From assembly GCF_009914755.1 (NCBI RefSeq), contig NC_060925.1: DNA of 64,000 nt; one strand, given 5' to 3'. The stretch is from the human T2T-CHM13v2.0 reference genome, Homo sapiens. The notes under the pieces are model-generated. The model was not told where the DNA came from. It saw nothing but the letters and a program-made list of their open reading frames with translations, and made no database searches. The position numbers and the translations under genes were made by a program. Positions 1 to 12,594 of this stretch are shown here, one piece after another; the stretch's first letter is position 1, and each line of letters opens with the position of its first letter.

Positions 1-768
1 CTTTGGCCTAAGCCTTAGTAACAACACAATAATGCAACATAGCCTGAGATAGATAGGAGCTCTTAGGTTTAGATGAGCTGTATGAAGTGGTGGCTACAAC
101 TTGGGTCAAGCATTCAAGGATAAGACTGGAAAGTTATATGTGAGAAACAAAAGAATATTATCTGTGAAAGGATTCTTGGAATCAAAGGGAGGGAAATTTA
201 GCCATATGGGGCCAGATATGAAAAACACAGTAACTCTTTCTTGAGACTGGGACATGTAACATCTAGTTTCAAGCACTGCAATGTAACATTGTTTTTGTGA
301 TGAACAAATGCTTACAAATTGAGGGAATTCTGGATAAGGGGATTACAAAGAGGCATACATTTGTGTCCTTGGGAGCAACATCAGTAAAAAGAATGTCTGT
401 GTTTGGGTTGGCCACCTAATGGAAAGGGACTAGAATTCATAGACGAATAATTAGTGAAGCTCAATGGTAAAGAATCTGGATGTTTTTAAAAATTTGGATT
501 AAGCTAAAAACCAATACCCAGGGATATTTTATATCTCTGTTGCTATTAGGCAGCTCTTAAAACTTTGGCAGAAACCCTCCAAGACAAGACTAAATCATCC
601 CTTTTCCTACTGTTTGAGTTTAGATATGTTCTTCCCCACAGTTCATTCTTGCTTCTCTCTGTGCCTCCCTCAACTGCAGACCATAAAGCTGTACCAAACT
701 GATGTTGGCTTGTCTAGGTTGGTGGATTCAACTGAAGGTACATAAAAAGACAGAGATGTATGTTCGTC

Positions 769-940
769 CCAGATGTCCTTCACATATGGTCCGTGGACCC
801 ATAGGGATTCGAAGGGACTAATAAGTCCCTGAAATTGTGTACAAAGTAATGTAGGTCTGCAAATTTGTATTTTTCAAGGGAGGAGGGGTACATAGCTTTC
901 CTAAGGTTTGAAAAAAAAGTTTGATGATGTTATAAAAGGC
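769..940. mobile_element. MER117-like hAT remnant
   Basis: GGTCCGTGGAC...CCCTGAAATTGT...CATAGCTTTC pattern. Confidence 0.5.
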
Positions 941-1344
941 AATTCAGAGTAACATGGTTGTACAATAATGAATCAGTAAACATATAACTTAGGAAATAAG
1001 GAAGGCAGATAAATACTGATTCTATTAAAAATACTTTTAGGTATATGGGTACAGCTGAAATACTGAAATGGGCATGGAGATTGCCAAAGAGCCTGCATGC
1101 CTGACACTGAAGGACTGGGTTGCCATCTCAGCCTATTTTTAATTATCATTATTCTTTTAAGGCCTAGTAACAGAAGGAATGCAATTTAAAAGCCCTTCCA
1201 ATGGGTTTAGTTAATCCTGGAAAAGATCAGAGACATATAGACAAATGTGGCAATAAAGTAAAGAAGCAATTAGCGACTAATGCAGAAGCAAGACAGATGG
1301 AATAACAGCAAATCAAGCAAATAAAGAGTTAAATGACCGAATAC

Positions 1345-1401
1345 CTGGCATAATCTCCACAGCAAAACTGGGCAAGAGATCAGCAAGCAGCCCTGTCCTG
1401 C
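1345..1401 (-). CDS. ILDR2: ILDR2 exon 4 (57 nt; GRTGLLADLLPSFAVEIMP juxtamembrane linker)
   Basis: Pyrimidine tract then cttctag|GCAGGACAGGG...ATGCCAG|GTATTC. Symmetric phase 1-1; the translation matches the ILDR2/LSR-family exon-4 peptide. Confidence 0.93.
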
Positions 1402-2404
1402 CTAGAAGAAGTGGAAGGAAAAGAAGAAGGAAAGTGGTTATTCCAAGGGAAAACATAGCCTAAAGCCTGGCTCCAGTTGGTACCATCCACACGTGCGGCC
1501 ATTAGTGCATGCTCTTTGTGATATGAGAAGCACATCACCAAAGCTAGGCTGAGACAAGAGAATGACTTTCCCTGTCAATCTTTGGCAGCCATCTAAGTGA
1601 ACTCTGCACCTAAACTAAGCGGAAGCAGAAACAGAACTTTCTCTCCAACTATTTATAGGAGGAGGAAATCTCTGCTTGAGCAGACTGACATACACTATCT
1701 CCATTCATTTATACATCCGTCTCCATACACTTCATTGGAAAGTCAAGCCCGTCTGTATCCAAATGTTCAATCTACATTTTCATACATCCATACACAGTCC
1801 TATGTCCATATAAAAACAAAAGTACATATTTGGTTTTAACTCAGAATTATCTCACTACATGATTCTATTTGTGGCCTAAAGATATTTCAATGATTAAAAT
1901 TTTCAAAGGCAAGGGAAAGATAAAACTAGATCAGTTACACATTCCTCTACACTCCTTCTGGCTTCTGAAATACACTGTACATATGTAGATGGTATGGCTT
2001 TTCCATATGGCACCCACAGCTGGCATTATATGGACCCAAGTGCCTTCTGCGTAATATGGCAAAGAAACTTAAAAGCTGGATTCAGAACAGGTGCCCCTCA
2101 AGGACTCTGGGAAGCAAAGAGCTGTGCAGGAAACAAGAGGCTGGAAGACATAAGGGAGCAGATTAGTCCGTTTTAAAACTAGCCTGATTTACAGAAAGAC
2201 ATGATGAATGCTTTCATCATGTTCTCATATCAAGGTGAAGTCCTGTTATGAACTTCTGCCCCTGACATTATATCTCTAAACTAGTAGTACCATAAACAAC
2301 TAGCAAATTTCCCTCCTTTCAGACTTGTGATGGTGGTAAAAAGTCACTGTAGCACCTAAACACGCAACTAAATTCTACTTCATTTAGGTACCTGACATAT
2401 ACCT

Positions 2405-2600
2405 CTAGAACAGCACCAGCCAACAGAAATATAATGCAAGCAATGTGGATAATTTTAGCTTTTCCAGGAAGTACAATAAAAAGTAAAAAGAAACAAAGGA
2501 AATTAATGTGATACTATTTTTAGCTTATGTGACTATCACTAAAATATTGTCATTTCAAGGACTTAGTAGACACATGTTGCTATTGGACAGCACAGCTCTG
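2405..2600. mobile_element. MER3/MER33-like DNA transposon remnant
   Basis: CTAGAACAGCAC..CCAACAGAAATATAATGCAAGC ... ATTGGACAGCACAGCTCT. Confidence 0.65.
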
Positions 2601-3944
2601 GTGATCTGTTTCATCCATATAGATATGGCTCATTTAGAAAACAATTCCTTCATGTTAAAGTTTGTTGAGGTGCATTAGAGAAAAGTTTACTCATGTGTGT
2701 GGTTCATATTTTAAATCTAAGGTCATGGTTGGTCACTTGTCCCTTCCTCTATCAAGTCACCCACAGAAAAGAAGCTCTGACAAAGGTCAAAGAAAAAGGG
2801 GCTCCTCCAGGACACTAGGGGAGTATGCTGGAGCTGGGGTAAGATTTAGTGAGCAGGGTAGAGGGGTCTTTGCTCACTTTTTCTTGGCTCTCCTCAACTC
2901 TACAAGGCCAGTGTGGTAGCATGTGTCCTAGTCTATGTGGGTGATGGTCCCATATTTAAAAAGCTAATGGGGACCAGAGTATATTCCAAGGTAAGGAAGT
3001 ATGGGATGGGTGACTTAGGCCAACTCTGCTTTTGGCCTTGGCAAATACAGCTTCCTTCTTTCTGTCCCCCATCTCATGCAGCTGACATGGTAAGATTGCT
3101 CTGCTGCTTGCAAGGTCTCTTGGAAGGACAAGTAGGAGTCAAGTGGGACATTGGAAAAAGGTGTCTTCTCAGGCTAGTCTTTGACCTAAGCCTTCATAAA
3201 AGACTAAGAGATGCCCCTAAGGCTTACGCAGTTCCCTAGGGTAGGAAACTAGTAAATATTTGGGGCCAAAGCTTGAGAAAGTGATTAAGAGACAGCATGC
3301 ATTGGTCTCCTCTGAGTGTTCTCTATAAAAATATCTCTCGGAAACTCAACGAGGTAATAATCACCTAGTCAAAGATTTGGGAATTTGGGCTCCTGGAGAT
3401 TTCTTGAAGACCAGGCAATAATCAATGATCAAGAAGTCAATACATACTGTTTTTTTAGCAATCCAGTTATCAGATATGTACTTGATGGTGGATTTTTATT
3501 GTTTTTTTCAATCTGCATAATTAGCACTTGTAAATATATATCTTGGTGTATCTTGTAAAATCAGAAACTTTGCTAGTGTTTACTCTCCACTTCTCAAGAT
3601 TACCAATGTTTTAAACATCTCTGGATATGCTATGATCCAAATCATTACTTAAATTCATGATAGAAATGTCACTGATGATATAAGCTACCAATTCGTGGGC
3701 TCCTATAGCAAACCGTGATAATTAATTAACTATAAAAATCCAAACATTCAAGGAGGATGTGGTGCTTATACATATTATATAGAGCATGTTATATCGGAAA
3801 AAGCAGTGAACTGGGAGTCAGAATACTCAGGGCAACTTTATCATTACTTCACTTGGTGATTACTACAGGCAAATTACTTTCCCTTTCAGGGTCTCAGTTT
3901 TTTCATTAGTAAAATGAAGGGGTTGAATGGAGTAGTCTACAAAC

Positions 3945-4076
3945 AGAAAGACCATCTATCTTGGTTTGTCTAGGACAGTTGTGGATTATGCCTATGGTCC
4001 AGGTGTAATTTTTAATAGCACCCCTTTTTACTCTCAAAGTATTCTAGTTTGGACAATTAATTATGTGGTCACTCTA
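3945..4076. mobile_element. MER94-like (hAT-Blackjack) MITE
   Basis: About 130 bp ending GGTCACTCTA; internal CCCCTTTTTACTCTCAAAG. Confidence 0.7.
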
Positions 4077-4111
4077 TATCACTTTTAGTTCCCAAATCTG
4101 ATACTCAGTGA

Positions 4112-4440
4112 TTGGAGTTAAAAACTCAAATGTCTATGGGCACCAGCAGGTAATGCAAATGAGTGCAGCTGGCCAGATATAATATAACAGGGAGTAGCTA
4201 GAGATGTCATCAGGAGGCTGCTACTAGTCACCTCTAGCCACTTGTGGCCCCATAGAAATGTGTCTTCAGGGTTTCAGATCATCCTATTTTTCAATATTTT
4301 CCAGGCCCCAGATTTTATGTGAAATAACTTGATTTTCAAATGTTGGCAACCAGTTCATTATTTTTAAAACACTGGGTGAGCCATACACAGTATGTCTGCA
4401 GGCTGCATAGAGCCCAGAAATCATGAGTTTGCAACCTCTG
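4112..4440 (-). mobile_element. MER102-like (hAT-Charlie)
   Basis: AAACTCAAATGTCTA...TGTTGGCAAC...TTTGCAACCTCTG. Confidence 0.7.
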
Positions 4441-5041
4441 AAGGGTATACACACACAGATAAATTTATGGGATGGTAAAACACAAAGCTGCATTTCCCCA
4501 CAGGCTGTTTAGGTTACCTTGATGGTGTTCTAACATTACTTCCACACACAGAATAACAGTAAATACAAGATCTAGTCACCTATGTTCAAATTAAAATTGG
4601 AAACAATAGTATTATGCACGAAATTGCTAGCCCTTCTTATTTCTAGGGAGCTAGAATGAGCAGCATGGAAGAACAATGAAGGAACTTGCATTTTTTTACT
4701 TTAGACTTTTTTACTTTTGTAATGGAAAAAATTAAAATAAGGAAAGGGTGTATCAGACATATGGACAGGTGATTCACAAAGCTTTTCACTCCAACAGGAA
4801 GACATACATCAAGCTTCTCATTCTCCCTGAAGCAACAGTCAATATCTGATGCTTCAGAAGGTGAAGCCTTCCCATAATGCACCTGTGTAGTGTTAGCCAC
4901 AGGGTAGTGTAGGTGATATGTGCAGTAAAGTGGGTGAAATTAAATATCTTCAGAATTCAAAACATAGTAGGAGTTTTGGGAGAGCAGACAATACCAATAT
5001 ATCATGTCAACAGCAGAGACGGTGCAAAGCTCTATAGCTTT

Positions 5042-5378
<337 letters not shown>

Positions 5379-5833
5379 TTATTGGAGCTAAAGGCATTTT
5401 AAAAAGTGGATTTATGCTGAATATTTATGCTGAATATTTCTGAAAATATTCCACTTCCAGCTTCTTCCCTAACAATTCCTAAGAAATGTTATTGCTAGTT
5501 AGAAATGCTTTATCTTTTCTTCTATCATATCCAATGAAGGCCTGATCTTACAGAGTCTAAACAATTGCAGTAAATACATTCCAGATTTCAGCAGCACTTT
5601 ACCAACACTTGTGAATCGCTGTCATTCTTCCAGGATTCAGTTTAAGAGTGGCAATTACAAGTCACTTTAATGTCTGAGGAAAGGATGGAAAGCAAGCCCT
5701 GCAAATAGAAGGCCACATTTACTCTTTTCAAACCACAGCTCAAACTATCAGAGGAAAATACAGTTTTTATGTAAGCGCTCAAACAGTTTTCCCCAAATCT
5801 TGCAGAATCCATTACTTTTAAGAAATTTCCACA

Positions 5834-6059
5834 TGAATAGACCAAACGAATCAGGCATACTAATACTTTGTACATGCACACACACAAGTGCCAGTTCCAT
5901 ATCATACTGTCACAAACTCTAGAGCTAAACACATTCACACGCTTCGGATTAAATGATCAGGGTAGAAATATGCATTGTGAATAAAATAACTTACCTATCT
6001 TACCTATAAAATTCCCCATTTCAGTTGTTTTCTGCCACTGCCACTTTTGAAGTTATCCT
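5834..6059 (+). repeat. 226-bp direct duplication, copy 1
   Basis: Matches 7113-7338 with two mismatches. Confidence 0.95.
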
Positions 6060-7112
6060 CAACTGAACTCTTTGTACACATTCCTGCAAACCAGCTCACT
6101 GTTGGAATGTCTCTCATTTATTCATTCATCATTCATTCATTCAACAAAGAAATTTATATTTAGCTAGGTGGAGACACAGGGGACAAGATGTGTTCCCTTG
6201 AGACACTTGAGAGGCTCACAGTCTAGCCCACACAGAACTCAGCTTTAGTTATGTGCTTCTGTGCCACAAGAACTATTAAATCTTCCCGCCAAATTAGTTT
6301 TCATCAGCCCTCTTTGCATTTTTGACATCAGGTTCTGCCTGGTCATGGGGCCTTTCCCTGGAGACCTAGTCCTTGCCTGGTTTCCCACTTCTACTCAGAA
6401 CATTGTCTTTGCACATTTCACAACAAATTATGTCCTAGTGGCATTTCCCCAAGTTTTTTTACACCTTTTTCTTGGTAGGTTAGCCCCCTCAAAGCAAACT
6501 TGATTTACTTTCTTTGCTCAGATAAGCATTTCAGTTGCTTTGTTCAATTCCTTACCACAAAGACCACAAGACTGAGATATGTTCTGACACAGCCCTGTAA
6601 GAATGCTGCACTAAGAAGGTGCTTCCTCCTCCATGCTCCCTAGGACCACTGCACATGCCTTCACTAAAGCAGTTATCTCGTGGCTGCAATGTGCCTTTAC
6701 TTTTACGAGTGCCTCCACTACCAAGATGGAAACCCCTCCAGAGCAGGGACTATGCTCTACGCTTGGCATCTCCAGAAGCCCAGCGTGAGGAGGCACCTCA
6801 CCCACCCATCAGGAACTTGAAGTGTTTCCAATAGCAAATCCCCTTGTTCAATATGCAGGGTTTCTAGCTGGACTTATGATTTGCTGCGCATTATAGTGAC
6901 TTTATCAACCTCAGGTGGAAGTAGGCTTTTAATGAAAATATGAAAGAACTATTCATTTATTCATGCAGCATTATTCTATATACTGCACAATGTTTAACAC
7001 TTCTGAACTCAGGGAAGAATGCCAGGAGCATTCTCCAGTCATTGGAATATCCCCAAATGCCATCTTGCTATCTAAGGAGACAAAAGCACCACCCTATCCC
7101 ACACCAAAAAGT

Positions 7113-7338
7113 TGAATAGACCAAACGAATCAGGCATACTAATACTTTGTACATGCACACACACAAGTGCCAGTTTCATATCATACTGTCACAAACTCTA
7201 GAGCTAAACACATTCACACGCTTTGGATTAAATGATCAGGGTAGAAATATGCATTGTGAATAAAATAACTTACCTATCTTACCTATAAAATTCCCCATTT
7301 CAGTTGTTTTCTGCCACTGCCACTTTTGAAGTTATCCT
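7113..7338 (+). repeat. 226-bp direct duplication, copy 2
   Basis: Matches 5834-6059 with two mismatches (C in copy 1, T here). Confidence 0.95.
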
Positions 7339-9439
7339 AGGGTATTTTTGAGGAAGTCATTACAGAGATAAAATAACACATAAAACTTTCAGCCAAAAAG
7401 ACTGTTTTGGTCTCTACTCTTAAAACTTAAATCCAAGCTCTAATCATTTCCAAGCCTTCAAAGTTACAATGGAAGGTAAAGAAGTTCAGGATTTAGGACA
7501 AACCTGTTTTCAGAACCTGCTTACTCAATCACTTGATAACACATTGTTTAATGCATTGGAACTTAGGAAAAGGAAGTATAACATTTCCTTTATCTTTATG
7601 ACACCACTGCTGACAGCAGAGTTACCTCCATTTCTTTAAACTTATTAAGTTGGAGTCCTTCTAGGGTTTGCCAACACACTATACAGATGAACTTTCTGTT
7701 TAGGACAGTGAGGAATGCCTTTCTTCCCCAGCTCCGTGTGGTTCCCCTCTTCTCCCTTATGTTTAATGCACATCTCAGCTTCATCCCACTTTCAAGCTTT
7801 CCTCAGATGCCCTAGATCCATTTTCAGGGATGTACTGTATCCACCCCCTGTTCTGTCATCTCCTAACCCTCCAAAATGTTTCACTCCTATGTCTTTGAGG
7901 AGAACAGATGCCTTTCTCTGGCCCTTTTAAATGTAAAGATGTTTCTATGGCTATGCTTTTAAGTGTTAAGTTGTTTCTATGGCTATTTGGAATCCCAAAT
8001 AGATTGGAAATTTCCCAAGGGCACACACATCCCAGTTTTTATTCTATATTCCCATGGTAACCATGCATTTAATAAATATAGTTTATGACTATCACAAATG
8101 TGGATATAGCCCCCTTTTCTTTTATATATATTTATAAACTATGTTCTTAAGCATTTCATATGTTTACTTTTTCTTTCTGTGTCCTTTACATTTTAGTTCA
8201 CTTTAAATTATAGTCTTAAAGGAGAATAATTCTGAAACCGAATTCTATCCATAAAATAACTAGTATTGGACCATCTACAATTAACTGTTAATAAATGCTT
8301 TGAGGTTGGTTTTTTGTTTTTTGTTTTTGTTTTTGGCAGTAGTTATAAGCTTGGCCTAAGGAGCTGACTTCTATTCCCACAGAATCCTAGAATCAGATTT
8401 TATAACTAGAAAGGATCTTAGAGGTCATCTAGTCCATATTCTACCCTATGTTTCAGGGATCTGAGGCTCTGAGAGGTTAAGAATCTTACCCCAAGTCACA
8501 CAATTCACTAATGATCAAGCCAAGAATACAACCAGGTGTACTCACCCCAATTCCAGTTTTTTTCCCAATATCTCACCACCCCAAAACTTTGCTTATCTTT
8601 CATCTAGAAATGTGCACCAACTGCCTTCTAGTCTCCTAATATTTGTAGTGAATGACCCTGAAATGTGTTCATGTTTTTGGCACTACTGCTCTACTTATGT
8701 AATTAAAATACAATTTTTGGATGTAGGAAATGTTGGAGATAACTGAAATTTTCAGCACCTTTTAAAGTTGCAACCGGAAAAAATGATCACTGAATACATC
8801 ATAACACAGTATGGGCTAATTGAAAGGCATTCACCATGCTGCTACAAACTAATAAACAACAAAAATGATTGCAAAGTAATCTGACTTCACAAAGTGCTAT
8901 AGTGATTCAACCTCCACCCCCAGAGAGCGAATAAATACAAAATATTATTAGAAATATAACATGGTCGACTTGGCCTGAGGTGAAATGCAGAAGACTGCTA
9001 GATTGACTTTAAAATGCCGTGGAGGAGCGTGGGATGTCATGGAACGGGGAAAGTGAGTTTCTTGGAGCCCAGTGTGGTGTCTTGAAGTCACTGTGCTCCA
9101 TCCATCAGACTGCCACAGATACAAAGATAGCAAGAATGGCCACTTTCTTTAACCAAAAAAGGCCCTGGCGGTCTCAGGCAGACACAGAGGGGCACACACT
9201 TGGTAGGTCTCAAACTGTCAGAGTTCCTGCCCTTTCCTCCGTGGCCAGCCCCCTTAGTGTGAAGGGGTTGGCATGGGGCCTTTCCCAGACCCTCTCATGG
9301 GAAGCCAATTCAGCAAAGTCGGAGGCACAGCCCCCGTGTGAACGCAAGCCTGCACGCCTGAATAGCGGCAGCTGGCTTTGGAGAAAAATGGGACAACTGT
9401 CTCCTGCCCGGCTTTCAAGAGCTGCCATTCTTTCTTTCC

Positions 9440-9870
9440 AGGGGCTGAGCCAATTTCTCGGTGCCACCCACTCTCGCGCCTGCCCCCAGCCCCCGTTTCC
9501 TCCCCCGCTCGGGCCGGCGCGGGTCCACCCGACTACAATGCAGCGCGCGGCTGACCCAGCTGCTCCGGCTCCTGCCCGGGGTAACCACGGTAACCGCGGG
9601 CCGCCAGGAATGCGCGCTAATTGAAGGCCGAGTTTCCTCCCACAGTGATGAGCAACAAGTGAAGCAAAAATAGTGAGGCGGAATAAAGGCTGCGAGGAGG
9701 GGGCGGCGGGCGCGACCGGGGTGGCTGGGGGCTTAGGGAAGGGGAAATAGCGCCTGCAAGACCGCATTTGTTCTCTTAACACAGGGCAGTGAACGGCCGC
9801 GAACGACGTCATTTATGGTTCAAAAATCTTAGGGCAATTTTTTCAGAAAACAACTATTACGTCAAACCCC
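9440..9870. promoter_or_regulatory. Orphan intronic CpG island (ILDR2 intron 3)
   Basis: Abrupt CpG/GC enrichment in an otherwise AT-rich intron; not recognisable as a repeat. Confidence 0.75.
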
Positions 9871-10079
9871 CACCTCTTTGCTGGGCCCCTCTGCTCGATT
9901 CAGGTACCTAGATGAATGGAGATGTACGTGCACATACATAGGTCCCCAGGAACGAAATGCCAGATAGCAGCAGGGTTCAGCAGGTGGAGGTGAGCCGACA
10001 CTAATTTCCCCCCCAACCCTCTGGATCTTCTGTTCTCTTCAATCTATGGGAGACCCTTCAAGGTGGTCAGCAGCTAAAG

Positions 10080-10213
10080 ATGGGTGACCATCATACCAGT
10101 TGGCCTAGACAGTTCCGGTTTATGCCTGTTGTCTTGCCAGAAATTATTAAAAGTCCCCCCTTTTCACTCTCAAGAGTATCCTAGTTTGGATGATAAGTTG
10201 TAAAGTCACCCTA
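10080..10213. mobile_element. MER94-like MITE (second copy)
   Basis: GGGTGACC...GTCACCCTA terminal inverted repeat; homologous to 3945-4076. Confidence 0.75.
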
Positions 10214-10914
10214 TCTAAAGTCTTCCCAAGCTCACCCAGATCCTAATCCAAGTCCAGTGTTCTTCAGATCCCTCCAGACTTCATCAAATGGCCTGGCCTG
10301 TGTGACCTAATCCTTGTATTTAGGTTAGGCAGTAAACACCCTGCAATTAACTAAGGGTCATCCACTGAGAAATGGGGGCTTCCAACAGCAACCAAAAGAT
10401 AGCATGCTGGGACAGAATGCTTTCAAACCCACTAGCAGGAAGATTTCCACTGGGCTGATTAGGGTCACCACTGGCAAAATACAGTACAGATGTCATTGAG
10501 AAAATGTGAATCTATTAGCAATAGGATTGCCAATTCACAGATGGCCATTAAAGCCTCTGCCCGTGGAATGGGCTAAAGGAAAATCAGCTCTTTAGCAGGA
10601 GTCTCCAAATGTAGAATTCCCTAAAGAGGGTTCCCTCAGATTAGAGATGAAACGCTGGCGATGTGGTGTGGGGAGTGGTAAGGGGTGGGAGAAGGAAGCT
10701 AACATTTACTAAGTTCTTTGTGCATTTAATCTTCACAATAGGTCTTCCGTGTAAATTTTATTACCCCTCCCCATTTATTCAGCTAAGGAAACCCATGCTC
10801 ATAGACGTTGACTTGTCCAAGTTCATATTGCTGCACTGAGTCCAGGGCTGTCTGACCCTGAAGCCTCTGCTGTTCACAGTGGACTTTATCCAATATCCAG
10901 AGAGACCTTTGGTC

Positions 10915-11138
10915 AAGATCAGTTTCACAGCCTCAGCACTATTTCTATCTGGAGCCAGATAATTCCTTTGGGGAATGGGAGAGCTGCCTTGCATATTGTA
11001 GAATGCTTAGCAGCCTCCCTAGTCTCTACCCACTAGATGCCACAGCATCCCACAAGTTGTGACAACCAAAAACTATCTCCAAACATTGCCAAATATCTCC
11101 TGGAAAGGCAACAATTGCCCCTTCTTGAGAATCAATGG
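10915..11138. mobile_element. MER20
   Basis: CTCTACCCACTAGATGCCA...GTTGTGACAACCAAAAA...ACATTGCCAAAT motifs. Confidence 0.85.
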
Positions 11139-12554
11139 CCTACATATTTAATATCCAAATACAGCTTTAATATCTTCTTGTATTGTTCTCTAACTGCTTC
11201 AGAAATATATCTTTTATCTTCACCAAAAGACAGTAATTTTTATAGAGACAAGACACTGTCATTTCTTTATTTTGTATCCTCACTGTGCTAGGGATATAAT
11301 ATGCAAAAAATAATCATTTTTTAAAATCATAATTTAAATACAAATCATACTTGAAGCAAAACTGACTCCACTCCATGGTGCCTATCAAAGAGCAAGGTTG
11401 AGATTATGGAGTAGAAAGGTCTGAAGGCCAAAGGAAGCTTCTTGCAAAGAATGAAAGGCATGATCCCACATCTTTGAAGGAACCACAAGCCCTACTCCAC
11501 TCTTCATTCAGTAGAATGAATGTTATTGGCAGTCATTAACCAGAATCAGATTCTAGCTGACACTTGGCTAACTTTTCTGGCTCTTCCCTCTCCTCCATCC
11601 CTTCAATGCATTTTTTTTCTGGTTCTTTTTAAAAACAAGACCAGCAGAGGCATCTAGGTAAGCTCAGGGCAGAGCAGGCCAAAGCTAGGAGAGAGTGCTG
11701 GGAGAAAAGGCAGTGGGGCTGAGGCCTGAAAAGCCACTCCTCATTTGTTTTCTGTCTCTCATGGAAAACTATGGAGTTATTTCAGCTGTTCTGGAAACCT
11801 GAAGGCACAGGTGTCTGCTGATGATAGAAAGGATGATTCTGCTTTCTTTGGGGAATCAACTCTACTGACGCATAATCTGAAGCATATCTGATGCATAATT
11901 GAGTTTACAAATGAAAATGTAGGTACAGCTCAAGTCAAAAGATGTTCCAAAGAAGTAGCCTCCAAATTTATGGCGAAAGTGTGGCTCTGTAATTAATTCC
12001 TTTTCTCCCTTCTGCCAGGAGTAAACTTTTTCTTCCTTCTCCCTCATTCTTTTTCCCTCTTCCTCTGTTTGTAAATCTTAGAAAGAAACAGCAGCAGCCA
12101 CTCTCAGAGATCAAAGTTTTAGCAGGCAACAAAGACCTCCAAGGAGGCTGTTGCCATGGGAACTCTGGGAGCTGAGGCCCTTTTAATCGTCAAATCTCCT
12201 TGGTTAGCGGCACCAGGCTGGGGCTGGCAAAGAGAAGGAGAAGGAGAGAGGGGAAACATTGGCAACAAGTAGCCTTTCTGAAGAGACTGAACTAAAGTCA
12301 CAGGGGTAGGGGGTGGACAGGATTCAAACTGAGGCAGCAGTAACACAGGGGTAGGTGTGGGGGCATTTCTGCATAGCCTTAAGACACATGCTCCCATTAA
12401 ACATCCCTAAAGTCAATCGCAAATTCTGAGACGTCCCCTCCCAAGAATTCACTGATTTTATACTATATGGCTTTTTAATACTAGTGGATGGAGAAGTTTA
12501 TTTTAAAGCAGAATAACAATTTCAGGCACAGTATTGTGAATAATTTGATCTAAA

Positions 12555-12556
<2 letters not shown>

Positions 12557-12592
<36 letters not shown>
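12557..12592. repeat. (AC)18 microsatellite
   Basis: Directly visible. Confidence 0.97.

Positions 12593-12594
<2 letters not shown>

Noticed and set aside
9019-9812. Overlapping 201-aa (+) and 200-aa (-) ORFs
   Set aside because: They overlap a GC-rich CpG island where stops are rare, have low-complexity Pro/Ala/Arg/Gly composition, and show no recognisable domain.
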